Notes: a model not told the origin generated them from the sequence alone. Counted from the first letter of the stretch, positions 20,562 through 30,590 are shown. The stretch is DNA of 64,000 bases from a virus (IMGVR_UViG_3300028146_000009:25850-89849), one strand, 5' to 3'. Translations and numbers: made by a program.

Positions 20562-20792
20562 TTATTTAGTATAAGTATTTTGAGTAGAACCCGTACCAGA
20601 AGTTGTAATCGTAGGCGCGGTATCCCTTACGGTAACCTGCACATTACATTGCAAAGTTCCAGCTTCAAGGGCGCTTAAATAAAATTTGCAACCTTCAAGG
20701 GTTTCATTAGTTTTAGTTGGAAATTGAGCTTTTCCATTCAAATCACCAATTGTTTGATCTGGAATAGTCATAACTACGCAAAGAACTGCCAT
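20562..20792 (-). CDS. hypothetical protein
   Basis: 76 aa. RBS AAGGAG. TTTAACAACT motif 28 nt upstream. Confidence 0.35.
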   Translation of the reverse strand: MAVLCVVMTIPDQTIGDLNGKAQFPTKTNETLEGCKFYLSALEAGTLQCNVQVTVRDTAPTITTSGTGSTQNTYTK

Positions 20793-20842
20793 GGGATCTC
20801 CTTAAATTAATTCAATATAAGTTGTTAAATCATTCATTTTAT

Positions 20843-21193
20843 TTACTTTTTAAATGGTCCACTTTTTAAACTATTGCGCATTTTACCAAATTTAGGCAAT
20901 TTTGGAGCACCACCAAGTCCTGGAACATTAGGATTTCCCATAGGTTGCGCTTGAGGCGTTGGAGGAATTAATCTAGGTGCGGCAGGTTGAGGCATATGAG
21001 TCATTGCCATAGGATTTGGGGGCATCGGAAGTTTCATTATAGGATTAACGCTTGGTGGGGCCATTGGGGGCTTTAAACCACCAGCCATAGGTGCGACCAT
21101 GGATCCAGCAACCGGCGGAAGCCCTTTAGTTTTATCACCCTGAAGGGCATGCAAGTAGTTTAATTGTTTATTGTTTCCTTTTGGAAATGGCAT
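20843..21193 (-). CDS. Pro/Met-rich protein of unusual composition
   Basis: 116 aa, for example MAPPSVNPIMKLPMPPNPMAMTHMPQPAAP. Confidence 0.4.
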   Translation of the reverse strand: MPFPKGNNKQLNYLHALQGDKTKGLPPVAGSMVAPMAGGLKPPMAPPSVNPIMKLPMPPNPMAMTHMPQPAAPRLIPPTPQAQPMGNPNVPGLGGAPKLPKFGKMRNSLKSGPFKK

Positions 21194-21364
21194 TTATTTT
21201 TCTCCTTTAAGGGCTTTTTTAGTTTTTGAAAACTTAACTTTTTTTGGTAAATGAAGTCCCTTTGAAGCCTGATCAAATTCTTTTACTTCAGAAGGTGTAA
21301 TTCCCGCCTTTTTAGCACCAGGGCTATGAAAAAATCTTTCTTGCTGTAAACTTTTATATGGCAT
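21194..21364 (-). CDS. small basic protein (56 aa, below ORF-track cut-off)
   Basis: Translated by hand as MPYKSLQQERFFHSPGAKKAGITPSEVKEF... Its TAA overlaps the ATG of 20843..21193. Confidence 0.25.
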   Translation of the reverse strand: MPYKSLQQERFFHSPGAKKAGITPSEVKEFDQASKGLHLPKKVKFSKTKKALKGEK

Positions 21365-21374
21365 AAATTATTCC

Positions 21375-24341
21375 TTAAATTGGATATTCATAATTAACTT
21401 GTAATATGTCACCAGTGTTTACAATTGCAGTTCCTGTTTGTTTTACAAAATTTGAAGTAGTGGCCATAAAATATAATTTTGTATTATCAGAACCATCATA
21501 AAAAATATAACCATTGTCATTTCCACCAGTGTCAACTCCAACATATGTACCAACTATTACCTGAGCAGAGCCCCAAACGGTTGTGTTAATATTTGTTGCT
21601 AATGAAATAGATGCAACTGCAGCAACTGGGGTACCAATTGCAACTGAACCTCTAGCTCTATAAACACCACTAGCAATATGTCTACCAACAGAAATAGTAA
21701 CTGTTCCAAAATTATTGTATGTATCAGAAGCTGATGCCCAACTAGTTCCCGATGGAGAAGATTGCCATGAAGGAGCAGAAGTTCCACCATTAGAAGTTAA
21801 AACTTGTCCGGAGGAACCATTTGCTAGTCTTGTACCAGCTCCAGAAGCTCCACCATAAATAATGTCTCCACCCGTTGTCATGGGAGAAAGATTATTAAAA
21901 CTTGTGGATTTAGAACTTACATCAGATAAATTATTAGCTTTTAATAAATAATCTGCTGGATTTCTTGCAAATTGGGTAAAAGTTAAAGGATCAGTTCCAA
22001 CTGTATTTACTAAAGAAGTAATAACCCATTGAGTTGTGCCGTTTACGGTTCCATTAATAACAGGAATTGCACCAGTATTATTAATGTCAGAAGGACTATC
22101 ATAGTCAAGGGCTCGAGTTAAAATTATTGGTAAAGCAAGTGCTTGAACTTGGGTGATATAATAAATTCCATTAAAAGCACCTGAAGGACTTTGTGTATCA
22201 TTTTTAACTAAAAGTCTTTGACCTAAAGCTGTAAAAGTAAAACCATCAACTGTTAAAGGAGTATTAGTTGAATTTGATGTTAAAGTTGCGCCAATTCCAC
22301 TCACGCCATTATTATAAGTGAATCCAGAAGTATCAGAAGCCGCAGTAGTGGCTGCCTGAACTGCAACGGCGGGATTAATTCCAGCAACTGCATTATCAAC
22401 GTAATGTTTAGTCGCGGCATCTTGTGCCGCAGATGGATCTGTCACGTTATTAATTAAATGGGAATTCATATTAAGGGCTTGAGATTGAGCCCCGATTGAA
22501 GTCAAACTAGATGTAACTACTGTTGAATTTAAAGTTGTACCAGTTAAAGTTCCAGCAGCGGCAGTAACGGTAATAGCAGCAGATCCATCAAAGTTAACTC
22601 CATTAATAGCACGAGGAGTTGTAAGAGTTGCAGCAGATCCTGTTGTATTTTGGTTTAAAGTCGGCACATCACCAGCCGCAATAGTTCCCCAAGAAGGTGC
22701 TGCAGAAATTGTACCAGTTCCAGTTTGAACTAAAAAATTCTTTGTTGCGGTAGTATTTCCTGCTAAACGAACTGCAGTGGGTGTAGCATCTTCATAAATT
22801 ATATCACCCAATGTTGTCATTGGATTTGTAAAACCAGCGGTTCCATTTGAAGCAGCGGTGATTAATCCTTTAGCATTTACTGTAATATTAGCATTTGTAA
22901 AAGAACCAACATTTGAATTTACAGTCGCAAGAGTTGTCACCAAAGACCCAGCGGTTGTAGTAATATCTCCAGTTAAAGCTGGAAATTGCCCCGCAGCTAA
23001 AGTGCCCGTTAATTGAGTTGCGGGCAAACTTAAAGAAGAAAGAGTTGTAAGTGTAGAATTAGAACTAGCAGTTATGTTTGTCGCAGTTCCAGTAATTGAT
23101 CCAGAAGGAATAACATAATCAGTTCCAGCACTGGCCGCTGAAATTGCCGTTCCATTACCTTTTAAAATACCCGTAATAGTAGTGCTAACAGTTATGGCAG
23201 GGGTTGTAGTAGAAGTTGCAACAGTTCCAGTAAATCCATTAGCAGAAACTACTGATACTGAGGTGACAGTTCCACCACTACTATGAGTATCAACATAATT
23301 CTTTGTAGCAGCATCTTGAGCAGAAACTGGATCTGTAACGTTTGAAATTAAAGTAGAATTAACATCTATTAAGGACCCATTAATATTAATAATACCACGT
23401 ATGCCAGCAGCAGTTCCCGTTTGAAGGTTAATATCTCCCGAATTACCTGTATTAGCATTTCCAGTTTCAAATCTAAGAGATCCAGTACTAGAAAAGTTTT
23501 TAGTAAATATTCCTAAATCAACTGCTGTATGGGTAGCTTGATAAGCCGTTCCTACACTCATACCAGATGGTGTGGTTCCGCCGACACCTATTTGTCCTAA
23601 ATCAAAAGATGAATTAGCAAATATTACTTGAGTACCAACAATATTATTAAAAGAATTACCTATTTGACCTAAATCATATGTTTGTGGCGCAGCTGCTAAA
23701 ATATTTTGATTTATCGCTGTGGGACTTGTTAAATTACTTAATGTAGTATTAGCACCGGTTATAGTATTATCTACATAATTTTTAGTGGCGGCATCTTGGG
23801 GATTTGTAGGATCAGTAACGTTATTTATTTGTTTGTTATTTACATTTAAATTTCCACCAGAAAAATCTAATAATACAGTTCCGCCGCCATTTTTTAATTG
23901 ACGGTTTTCTAAATCAATTACAGTTGTTCCATCATTTCCTGAAATAGTACTTATTGCAGCACTGAGCCATGCAAGTCCAGTACTTCCTAAAGTTAAAGTA
24001 TCATTTCCACTAGGAAGAAGTGATTGATTTATAGAAGTAGTTACTAAATTATTTAAAGAAGTGGTTGCATAAGTTCCAGATAAAGATGGAATATCTGCAG
24101 CAACTAAAGATCTAAAAGTAGGCGCGCCCGAGGAACCATTTGGTGCAGCAAAAATTGTATTAGCCGTTTGTGAAGCAAAACTACCCGTCAAAGTTCCAGA
24201 AGTTGTAACGGGACTTCCTGAAACAGTGAAAACAGATCCAGGTAATGAAAGTCCAACAGAAGTGACAGTTCCTCCGCCACCGCCACCACCTGAAGATTGC
24301 CCGACTAATAAACCATTAAAAATTAACGGTTGAAAACCCAT
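21375..24341 (-). CDS. tail fibre protein (988 aa) with three NVTDPxxAQDAATKNYVD motifs
   Basis: N-terminal G8 run. S/T/G/N-rich. Motif copies at about 22389-22448, 23292-23348 and 23763-23822. Shares an N-terminal module with 46027..49713. Confidence 0.65.
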   Translation of the reverse strand: MGFQPLIFNGLLVGQSSGGGGGGGTVTSVGLSLPGSVFTVSGSPVTTSGTLTGSFASQTANTIFAAPNGSSGAPTFRSLVAADIPSLSGTYATTSLNNLVTTSINQSLLPSGNDTLTLGSTGLAWLSAAISTISGNDGTTVIDLENRQLKNGGGTVLLDFSGGNLNVNNKQINNVTDPTNPQDAATKNYVDNTITGANTTLSNLTSPTAINQNILAAAPQTYDLGQIGNSFNNIVGTQVIFANSSFDLGQIGVGGTTPSGMSVGTAYQATHTAVDLGIFTKNFSSTGSLRFETGNANTGNSGDINLQTGTAAGIRGIININGSLIDVNSTLISNVTDPVSAQDAATKNYVDTHSSGGTVTSVSVVSANGFTGTVATSTTTPAITVSTTITGILKGNGTAISAASAGTDYVIPSGSITGTATNITASSNSTLTTLSSLSLPATQLTGTLAAGQFPALTGDITTTAGSLVTTLATVNSNVGSFTNANITVNAKGLITAASNGTAGFTNPMTTLGDIIYEDATPTAVRLAGNTTATKNFLVQTGTGTISAAPSWGTIAAGDVPTLNQNTTGSAATLTTPRAINGVNFDGSAAITVTAAAGTLTGTTLNSTVVTSSLTSIGAQSQALNMNSHLINNVTDPSAAQDAATKHYVDNAVAGINPAVAVQAATTAASDTSGFTYNNGVSGIGATLTSNSTNTPLTVDGFTFTALGQRLLVKNDTQSPSGAFNGIYYITQVQALALPIILTRALDYDSPSDINNTGAIPVINGTVNGTTQWVITSLVNTVGTDPLTFTQFARNPADYLLKANNLSDVSSKSTSFNNLSPMTTGGDIIYGGASGAGTRLANGSSGQVLTSNGGTSAPSWQSSPSGTSWASASDTYNNFGTVTISVGRHIASGVYRARGSVAIGTPVAAVASISLATNINTTVWGSAQVIVGTYVGVDTGGNDNGYIFYDGSDNTKLYFMATTSNFVKQTGTAIVNTGDILQVNYEYPI

Positions 24342-24342
24342 T

Positions 24343-24621
24343 TTATGCAGTCCTCGTGGCAGTTTTCATTGTTGATCTTGTACCATCAGTATAAATAATT
24401 ACAAACGTATAAAGTGGAAATGCACCAGATTGTTCAGAAAAAACATAAGTTTCTGTATCATTTGCAATAGTTGTTGTAGAAATTGTTAAAGTAACTTGTC
24501 TTCCAACTAATCCAACTAAAAATCCATTAACTGTTTTTGTAGCATCAACATCATTAAATTCATACTGCGCTGTTTCGCCGGGATCTGTAGATGACATTGG
24601 TTTTGCTGAACGATTACTCAT
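24343..24621 (-). CDS. hypothetical protein (between fibre genes; possible fibre assembly factor)
   Basis: 92-aa ORF tightly packed between two fibre genes. Confidence 0.35.
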   Translation of the reverse strand: MSNRSAKPMSSTDPGETAQYEFNDVDATKTVNGFLVGLVGRQVTLTISTTTIANDTETYVFSEQSGAFPLYTFVIIYTDGTRSTMKTATRTA

Positions 24622-24625
24622 TTAA

Positions 24626-26626
24626 TTATCCAATCTTTGTAATTTTAACTTGTGTATAGATTTCATTTACACCAAATCCAACTTGATGTCCAAATCCATT
24701 AGAACTTTGTGTAGTATTAACTTGATGTTGGATTTGAAAAGATGCAGTACCTACTAAAACCAATGATCCCTTTAGTTGAGATCTACTTTGATTTATAGAT
24801 GCAGCATTAATGGTTATTTCAGATGTACCAATAATTGCATCAGAACTTGACGTGGTATTAAATAATTTAATTTGATGCTGAAAAACTCCATATGCAGGTG
24901 CAGAAGCTTCAATATCATATGTACCAGCTGTTAATGTAAAATTATTAGTTCCATTATTTGTAATCCAACCAGGAGAATTTGCAGTTGTAAGAGTGTTTAA
25001 ATCTCTAACTTGCCAAGATCCAGATGTAGCGGTTCCTCCATTTGTTCCAGAAGATTTTTGATCAGAAACATAAGCAATTTGAGGATTACTCGAACTTCCA
25101 GTATTTGTAATTGTAGTAGTTCCGCCAGAAGATGAAACATTAATTCCAGTTCCAGCCGCGATAACTTGGGCTGCAGTGCTATCACCATTAATCGAGGTAA
25201 TTCCACCACCGCCACCGGAAGCCGTTTGAATTTGAGTAACAGTCCATTCAATTGAAGGAGCAAAGCTATCAGATCCCATATATCCATGACCTGTTGATGC
25301 GGCCATTTTAATCTTTACTGTTACGGGGGAAGTAGTGCCCGGTACATAAATACCATTAAAATAATAATTTTTATATTTAATTGTTGATGCTGCAGATCCA
25401 ACAACATCACTTCCAGTCATCTGGATAACAGTTGTTCCATCCGTTAATTGAAAATCAACGCTAGCCCCTCCCGTTGAATTGTTACCTTGAAAACCCGCAG
25501 TAATAATGTATGCTGCAGTTGAAGATGCTGGAGTAAATGTAATACCGGGTAAATTTGAAGCTGCTGCAGTTACTGTTAATCCACTAGCTTGTCTTTGAGT
25601 TAAGGTATTAAGGCCGGTATTAGAAGGATCAGCAAAAGATGATGATGTAGTATCCCAAACTGTAGCTGCGGGCATATAACCAGAATAATAAACAGGACTA
25701 GGAGGACTTACCCAAGCCGGAATTCCAGCAACTACTTCTAAAACTTGTCCAGAAGAACCAACCCCAAGTCTTGTAGGAGTTCCTAAATTATCTGAAGAAT
25801 AAATTATATCTCCAGTGGAGGTCATTGGGTTTGTAAGGGCCGTAAAAGTTCCCCAGGTAGGAATGCCACCTGAGACCTTTAAAATCGTGTTATTGGCGCC
25901 AATAGGAAGTCTAGAAGCTACTCCAGGAGCAGATTCATACTCCATATCTCCAGTAGTTGTCATAGGGCTTAAATTATTATAGGCGGCGGGGGCTGAAGTG
26001 GCATTAGTTCCGCCATTTGCAATAGGAAGGGGTGTACCACTATAGGATAATGTTAAAGTCCCGGAAGTTGTTACTGGTGAGCCTGAAACAGTAAAAATTG
26101 AAGGTGCGGCTAAAGCAACAGAAGTAACAGTACCTGTTGCGGTTGATAAATTATAATATCCTAAAGTACTGGAACCATTAGTACCATAATATTGATTAGC
26201 AGTCGGACTAGCCACATCACCTTTTAAAGTAATGGTCCCAGAGGTATTTAAAATTGAATCAGCAAAAGTAAGCGAACTTTGTTTTCCATTTAATTGAGTT
26301 TGAATGGAGCTTGTGACTCCAGAAACATAGCCTAATTCAGTATTAGTAACGGTGGAGGCTTCTAAATCGCCCGTTGATGAATTAAACTGTGCAGCGCGAT
26401 TGACAGTTCCAACAATATGATTGGAGCCCACTGGAATTGTTTTATTTGTAAGAGTTTGAGGACCTGAAAGACTTGTAAAATTTACTGGGCCGCCAGCTTG
26501 AAAAAAATTAAATTGACCTGAAGTTGTATCATAATCAATATCACCAACTGAAGCAACTAAAGTGGTAGCATTAGGAACTAAATTTGTTCCGTATTTATTT
26601 TTCTTAAAATTTGCATCTGAAGACAT
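24626..26626 (-). CDS. tail fibre-like protein (666 aa)
   Basis: S/T/G-rich. Contains VTSVALAAPSIFTVSGSPVTTSGTLT, a module shared with the other fibres. Confidence 0.6.
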   Translation of the reverse strand: MSSDANFKKNKYGTNLVPNATTLVASVGDIDYDTTSGQFNFFQAGGPVNFTSLSGPQTLTNKTIPVGSNHIVGTVNRAAQFNSSTGDLEASTVTNTELGYVSGVTSSIQTQLNGKQSSLTFADSILNTSGTITLKGDVASPTANQYYGTNGSSTLGYYNLSTATGTVTSVALAAPSIFTVSGSPVTTSGTLTLSYSGTPLPIANGGTNATSAPAAYNNLSPMTTTGDMEYESAPGVASRLPIGANNTILKVSGGIPTWGTFTALTNPMTSTGDIIYSSDNLGTPTRLGVGSSGQVLEVVAGIPAWVSPPSPVYYSGYMPAATVWDTTSSSFADPSNTGLNTLTQRQASGLTVTAAASNLPGITFTPASSTAAYIITAGFQGNNSTGGASVDFQLTDGTTVIQMTGSDVVGSAASTIKYKNYYFNGIYVPGTTSPVTVKIKMAASTGHGYMGSDSFAPSIEWTVTQIQTASGGGGGITSINGDSTAAQVIAAGTGINVSSSGGTTTITNTGSSSNPQIAYVSDQKSSGTNGGTATSGSWQVRDLNTLTTANSPGWITNNGTNNFTLTAGTYDIEASAPAYGVFQHQIKLFNTTSSSDAIIGTSEITINAASINQSRSQLKGSLVLVGTASFQIQHQVNTTQSSNGFGHQVGFGVNEIYTQVKITKIG

Positions 26627-26634
26627 TGATATCC

Positions 26635-27126
26635 TTAACTATTTAGAACTGCAAGTGCTCTGAAATTTATCGTTCCCTGATGGCCAGTTCCAGAAATTGA
26701 GGTTGTAGAAAATTGAAGTTGACCAACATCTGAAACAGTAAAAGTAATATCAGCACCGCTTGAGCTAGAACTTGCGAATTCATCAGTAATTTGCCATAAA
26801 TTCCCAGGACTCTGAGTAGGATCATAATTTAGAATTAAAATACCAGATTGACTGACTTTTGTGGAATTTGTAGATCTTTGCACGCCGTAAAAAATGATAC
26901 TTCCTTGAACCGCTGAAACTGGAAATTCTAAATTAGGAATAGGTACATTTGTATTAACATTTGAAGTCATTACAAAATTTTGGGGAGGAATATCAAAAGG
27001 CCCAGCAGAAATTGTGAGAGCTTCTGCAATTAATTCAATAGCTTGAATTATTGAACTCGACCAGTTTGGCGACGTTCCACTATCGGGCACCGATACATTG
27101 ATTCCGTTTATATTGATTATAGGCAT
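26635..27126 (-). CDS. hypothetical structural protein
   Basis: 163 aa. TTTAACAACT motif 30 nt upstream and a 7-bp stem hairpin in the 5'UTR. Confidence 0.4.
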   Translation of the reverse strand: MPIININGINVSVPDSGTSPNWSSSIIQAIELIAEALTISAGPFDIPPQNFVMTSNVNTNVPIPNLEFPVSAVQGSIIFYGVQRSTNSTKVSQSGILILNYDPTQSPGNLWQITDEFASSSSSGADITFTVSDVGQLQFSTTSISGTGHQGTINFRALAVLNS

Positions 27127-27194
27127 TTAAATCCTTGCAAGAAGATTACAAGGATAGTTGTTAAATGAGATAAATACAGGAAAGGCTTAGATTT

Positions 27195-27491
27195 TTACTT
27201 TTTTATCTTCTTGATTTTGCGCGGTTTTTTTAAATATTGTATTACATTCAAATATCGATAAGGAATGGTATTTAAATGAATATAAGTCAAACAATATTCT
27301 TCAAATTTACTATCTTCATTTATACATACCCAATTTTTACCATCATTACTACCAATAATTTGAACTTGAGGTCGAAACTTCTTCATTTTAATAAAGTTCC
27401 TACAAAATAAATCCCAAACATGCACATTAAAACTGTTGGAGTCATTGTTAAAATTGCCATAACGTTCCAAATCATTTAAATCCTCCAACAT
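27195..27491 (-). CDS. hypothetical protein with basic C-terminal tail
   Basis: 98 aa, ending KKPRKIKKIKK. Confidence 0.35.
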   Translation of the reverse strand: MLEDLNDLERYGNFNNDSNSFNVHVWDLFCRNFIKMKKFRPQVQIIGSNDGKNWVCINEDSKFEEYCLTYIHLNTIPYRYLNVIQYLKKPRKIKKIKK

Positions 27492-27900
27492 AATTACGAA
27501 ATACTAATTCATCATTAAATACTTTATATTCTTTTATCGAAAACCCTTTTTTATAATGCTCCAAATAAAATTTAATAGCTTTTAAATGATCATAATCCTT
27601 ATAGAAATCATCTACAATTAAACCGATGCATTTATTATCTTCAATCCCATTATCATCACAAAGAAGCATTCCGATTATTCGAACTTTTACCTCGCTCAAA
27701 GGAATTAAGGGCTCAAAACTAATGACAAATACATCTAGATCATCCCCGTCAGCTTGAATTGGAAGATCTTTGATAAATCCATAATTTTGAGGGCAAGGGA
27801 TCGGAAGAACCCTATCTAGCATTAAAACACCGGTTTCTTTATTTTTTTCAGATTTAAGGTAAGATCCTTTTCCAATTTCTATAACCGCAGTAAATTCCAT
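27472..27900 (-). CDS. ppa: family I inorganic pyrophosphatase
   Basis: VIEIGKGSYLKSEKNKETGVLMLDRVL and DGDDLDVFV match PPase active-site signatures (EIPxGSxxKYExDKExG...DGDPLDVLV). Confidence 0.7.
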   Translation of the reverse strand: MEFTAVIEIGKGSYLKSEKNKETGVLMLDRVLPIPCPQNYGFIKDLPIQADGDDLDVFVISFEPLIPLSEVKVRIIGMLLCDDNGIEDNKCIGLIVDDFYKDYDHLKAIKFYLEHYKKGFSIKEYKVFNDELVFRNYVGGFK

Positions 27901-27986
27901 TAATCCTCCAAATCGTTCTGAAAGAAACTGTCATAATAAAAACTGACTGCTAAAAGATAAGTTCCAATAAAAAGTGCGAATTCCAT
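27900..27986 (-). CDS. 28-aa hydrophobic peptide (below ORF-track cut-off)
   Basis: Hand-translated MEFALFIGTYLLAVSFYYDSFFQNDLED. GGAG RBS. Its stop overlaps the ppa ATG. Confidence 0.2.
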   Translation of the reverse strand: MEFALFIGTYLLAVSFYYDSFFQNDLED

Positions 27987-28318
27987 TATAATTTATCTCC
28001 AATTTTTTTCATTTTGATTAATGCTGAATTTGCTTCACTTTGTACATCATCAACATGCATTGGTCCAAATGTTATTTTATTTAAAGATTCAATGGCAATA
28101 TCTAAACATTTAAATAAATCATCTAATTCATGCCGCGCTCTTAGAATAAATTCACCATCGTCGCAATGCCATTGATGAACACCTCTAGAAGTACCCCAAT
28201 GTTTACTTAAACTAGCTCTTGGCGGTACAATATCTGTATTAAATGGATAATTCGATGTGCCCTTCCAATCTTTTTTAGGTGCTGATTTTTCTAAGGATTC
28301 TCTAAGTTTTTTAAACAT
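27986..28318 (-). CDS. hypothetical protein
   Basis: 110 aa, coupled to its neighbours. Confidence 0.4.
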   Translation of the reverse strand: MFKKLRESLEKSAPKKDWKGTSNYPFNTDIVPPRASLSKHWGTSRGVHQWHCDDGEFILRARHELDDLFKCLDIAIESLNKITFGPMHVDDVQSEANSALIKMKKIGDKL

Positions 28319-28677
28319 TATAATTTCCTCAAAATTACTTCGTAAATTGGTTTTTTCAATTTTAACATATTATCTTTCATATTACTAGAACCTTTAGATT
28401 TTCCATCCCAAATTAAAAGTAAGGCATCTGAATAATCTGCCATTTCTTTATTTCTTCTGGGACCAGCTGCTTTTCCGTGTTCATTCCAATCTGCGGGGAA
28501 ATACTTTACTGATAGGGCCATATGAGAAGCATAATAATCTCCTTCAGTATCAACACCTTCAGCTCCACCACAAATGACTTCAGTAATAAGTTTATTAATT
28601 CCAAATAATACTAATGATGAATGTATTAGTTCAAAAGTTGGATATAAGTCTCTAGATCCAGCAATGATTATTTTCAT
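28318..28677 (-). CDS. DprA/SLOG-like Rossmann-fold protein (DUF2493-like)
   Basis: IIAGSRD...VICGGAEGVDTEGDYYA...LLLIWDGKSKGSS resembles the DprA/Smf and SLOG nucleotide-binding core. Confidence 0.4.
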   Translation of the reverse strand: MKIIIAGSRDLYPTFELIHSSLVLFGINKLITEVICGGAEGVDTEGDYYASHMALSVKYFPADWNEHGKAAGPRRNKEMADYSDALLLIWDGKSKGSSNMKDNMLKLKKPIYEVILRKL

Positions 28678-28738
28678 AAAACTCCTTGTATATTCAGAAA
28701 TTATAAGTTACTATCAAACAATTGTAAAGGAGAATTTA

Positions 28739-28936
28739 ATGAAATCTGGATGGAAAATAGAATTTCTAGATAATATTGAAAGAATAGATAAATGGAGGGA
28801 GACTGCTTATTGGGCCATTGGCATTATTGAAAACTATGAATCAGCGTTAGAAACAATTTCTTATATGGGTCCAGATGAAGCGGAAACTGAAGCAAAAATT
28901 GTAGCAAAAGAAGCTTTGGAGAAAAATAATGCCTGA
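28739..28936 (+). CDS. hypothetical protein (start at internal ATG with AAGGAG RBS)
   Basis: First gene after the strand switch. Overlaps the Pnk start. Confidence 0.35.
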   Translation: MKSGWKIEFLDNIERIDKWRETAYWAIGIIENYESALETISYMGPDEAETEAKIVAKEALEKNNA

Positions 28937-29798
28937 ACTAATTTTAATGGTCGGCCCCGCAGGTTCTGGAAAATCCACATTAAGCCGCACGTTTGGATCT
29001 AAATACGTAAGAATTAATCAAGATGAACTTGGAAAAGAAGGCCATAAAGAACAATTTAATCTTTCATTGCATGCTGGACATAATATAATTATTGATCGAA
29101 TGTCATTTTCCAAAGAACAACGAGCCCGTTATCTCGAGCCCGCAAAAAAAGCGGGCTATAAGTGCTACATTAAAGTGCTACATGAAAACTTCGATACATG
29201 CTTGGAAAGAATGAAGAAAAGAGAATTTCACCCTACTATAAAAGATGAAAAAACTGCTAAAAAGGTTTTAAACTTCTTTTTTTCAAAATATGAACGTCCA
29301 ACTCCAGATGAAGCTGATGAAATTGAATTTCGATATCCTGAAGGCGAAAAACCACTTGCTGTCATTTGCGATTTGGATGGAACTTTGTGTGATATTGATC
29401 ATAGACTTCATTTTATTCATCCGCCCGAAGGAGTTAAAAAAGATTGGAAAAGTTTTTCTGAATCTTTAAGAACCGACGGTATAAATCAATGGTGTAGAGA
29501 AATTTTATGGAATTTTGAAGATAAAGGAAAAAATATTGTATTATGTTCAGGAAGGTCTGATAATTATAAAGATTTAACTATTGATTGGTTAAATAATAAT
29601 CATATTTATTATACTAATCTTTTCATGCGACACCGAGATGATTATAGGAAAGATGACATTGTAAAAGAAGTGATTTTAGATTTTGAAATTCTAACTCGTT
29701 ATAGGCCGTATTTTTTTATAGATGATAGAAAATCAGTGGTGGACATGTGGCGTAAAAGAGGATATACTTGTCTTCAATGTGCAGATGGGAACTTTTAA
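28929..29798 (+). CDS. pseT: polynucleotide 5'-kinase/3'-phosphatase (T4 PseT-like)
   Basis: P-loop VGPAGSGKST. HAD-phosphatase DxDGT (AVICDLDGTLCD). C-terminal DDIVKEV...IDDRKSVVDMWRKRGYTCLQCADGNF is closely similar to the T4 Pnk C-terminus. Confidence 0.85.
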   Translation: MPELILMVGPAGSGKSTLSRTFGSKYVRINQDELGKEGHKEQFNLSLHAGHNIIIDRMSFSKEQRARYLEPAKKAGYKCYIKVLHENFDTCLERMKKREFHPTIKDEKTAKKVLNFFFSKYERPTPDEADEIEFRYPEGEKPLAVICDLDGTLCDIDHRLHFIHPPEGVKKDWKSFSESLRTDGINQWCREILWNFEDKGKNIVLCSGRSDNYKDLTIDWLNNNHIYYTNLFMRHRDDYRKDDIVKEVILDFEILTRYRPYFFIDDRKSVVDMWRKRGYTCLQCADGNF

Positions 29799-30590
29799 AT
29801 GATTAAAATTCAAACATTAGATTTAATTGAAAATAAAGAACATATTGTAAAATCTACAATTTTTCCCGATGGAACTTCACAAGTTTGGAAATTACCAGAA
29901 GAAATTATTAATTCATTAAATTTAAAAATAACTTGGAATTTCGAAGCTGAAAGAGAATTAATTGATCTTAGAAGTTTACGAGCATTAACTTTAAAAAATT
30001 CTCATGTTCATTGCCATATTCCATACTTACCTTATGCCCGGCAAGATAAAAATGTAACAAATAATACAAGCTTTAATTTAGATATTTTTGCTGAAATTTT
30101 AAATCTATGTCAATTTAATCTTATAACCGCAGTTGATGTTCATAATAAAGAACAAACTTATAAACTTATTAAAAATTTTCAAAATATCCCAGTAACTGAA
30201 CAAATTAATAAGTTAGCTGATGAATACGATGTTGTGTTATTTCCAGATAAAGGAGCAACTGAAAGATATAATGCTAAGATCACAAATTCAAAACAGTTTA
30301 CTTGTGTTAAAGAAAGAGACCAAACAACTGGTCAAATTTTAAATCATAAATGCCCAGAATTAGCATATCCAATGGTTAATTCAGTTTTAATTGTGGATGA
30401 TATTTGTGATGGCGGCGCAACTTTTATAAGTGTTGCTAAAATGTTAAAAGCCCAAAAAGATTTTAAAATAGGATTATTTGTAACTCATGGAATTTTTAGC
30501 AAAGGAAAACAAGTTTTACTTGACGCCGGCATTCAAAACATATACTGTACTAATAGTCTGCTAAAAAATGAAGATGGATTTAAAGTATGA
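29799..30590 (+). CDS. ribose-phosphate pyrophosphokinase-fold protein (Prs homolog; candidate ADP-ribose pyrophosphokinase Adps)
   Basis: FPDGTSQVW, VVLFPDKGATERY and PRPP-binding VLIVDDICDGGATF match Prs motifs. 263 aa, shorter than canonical Prs. Confidence 0.7.
   Translation: MIKIQTLDLIENKEHIVKSTIFPDGTSQVWKLPEEIINSLNLKITWNFEAERELIDLRSLRALTLKNSHVHCHIPYLPYARQDKNVTNNTSFNLDIFAEILNLCQFNLITAVDVHNKEQTYKLIKNFQNIPVTEQINKLADEYDVVLFPDKGATERYNAKITNSKQFTCVKERDQTTGQILNHKCPELAYPMVNSVLIVDDICDGGATFISVAKMLKAQKDFKIGLFVTHGIFSKGKQVLLDAGIQNIYCTNSLLKNEDGFKV

Noticed and set aside
19980-25287. ORFs 19980..20291(+), 20383..20574(+), 21599..21790(-) and 24997..25287(-).
   Set aside because: They are antisense or internal alternate frames of the acidic protein and the fibre genes. 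Their repetitive H/L/Q or F/I-rich translations come from codon periodicity.
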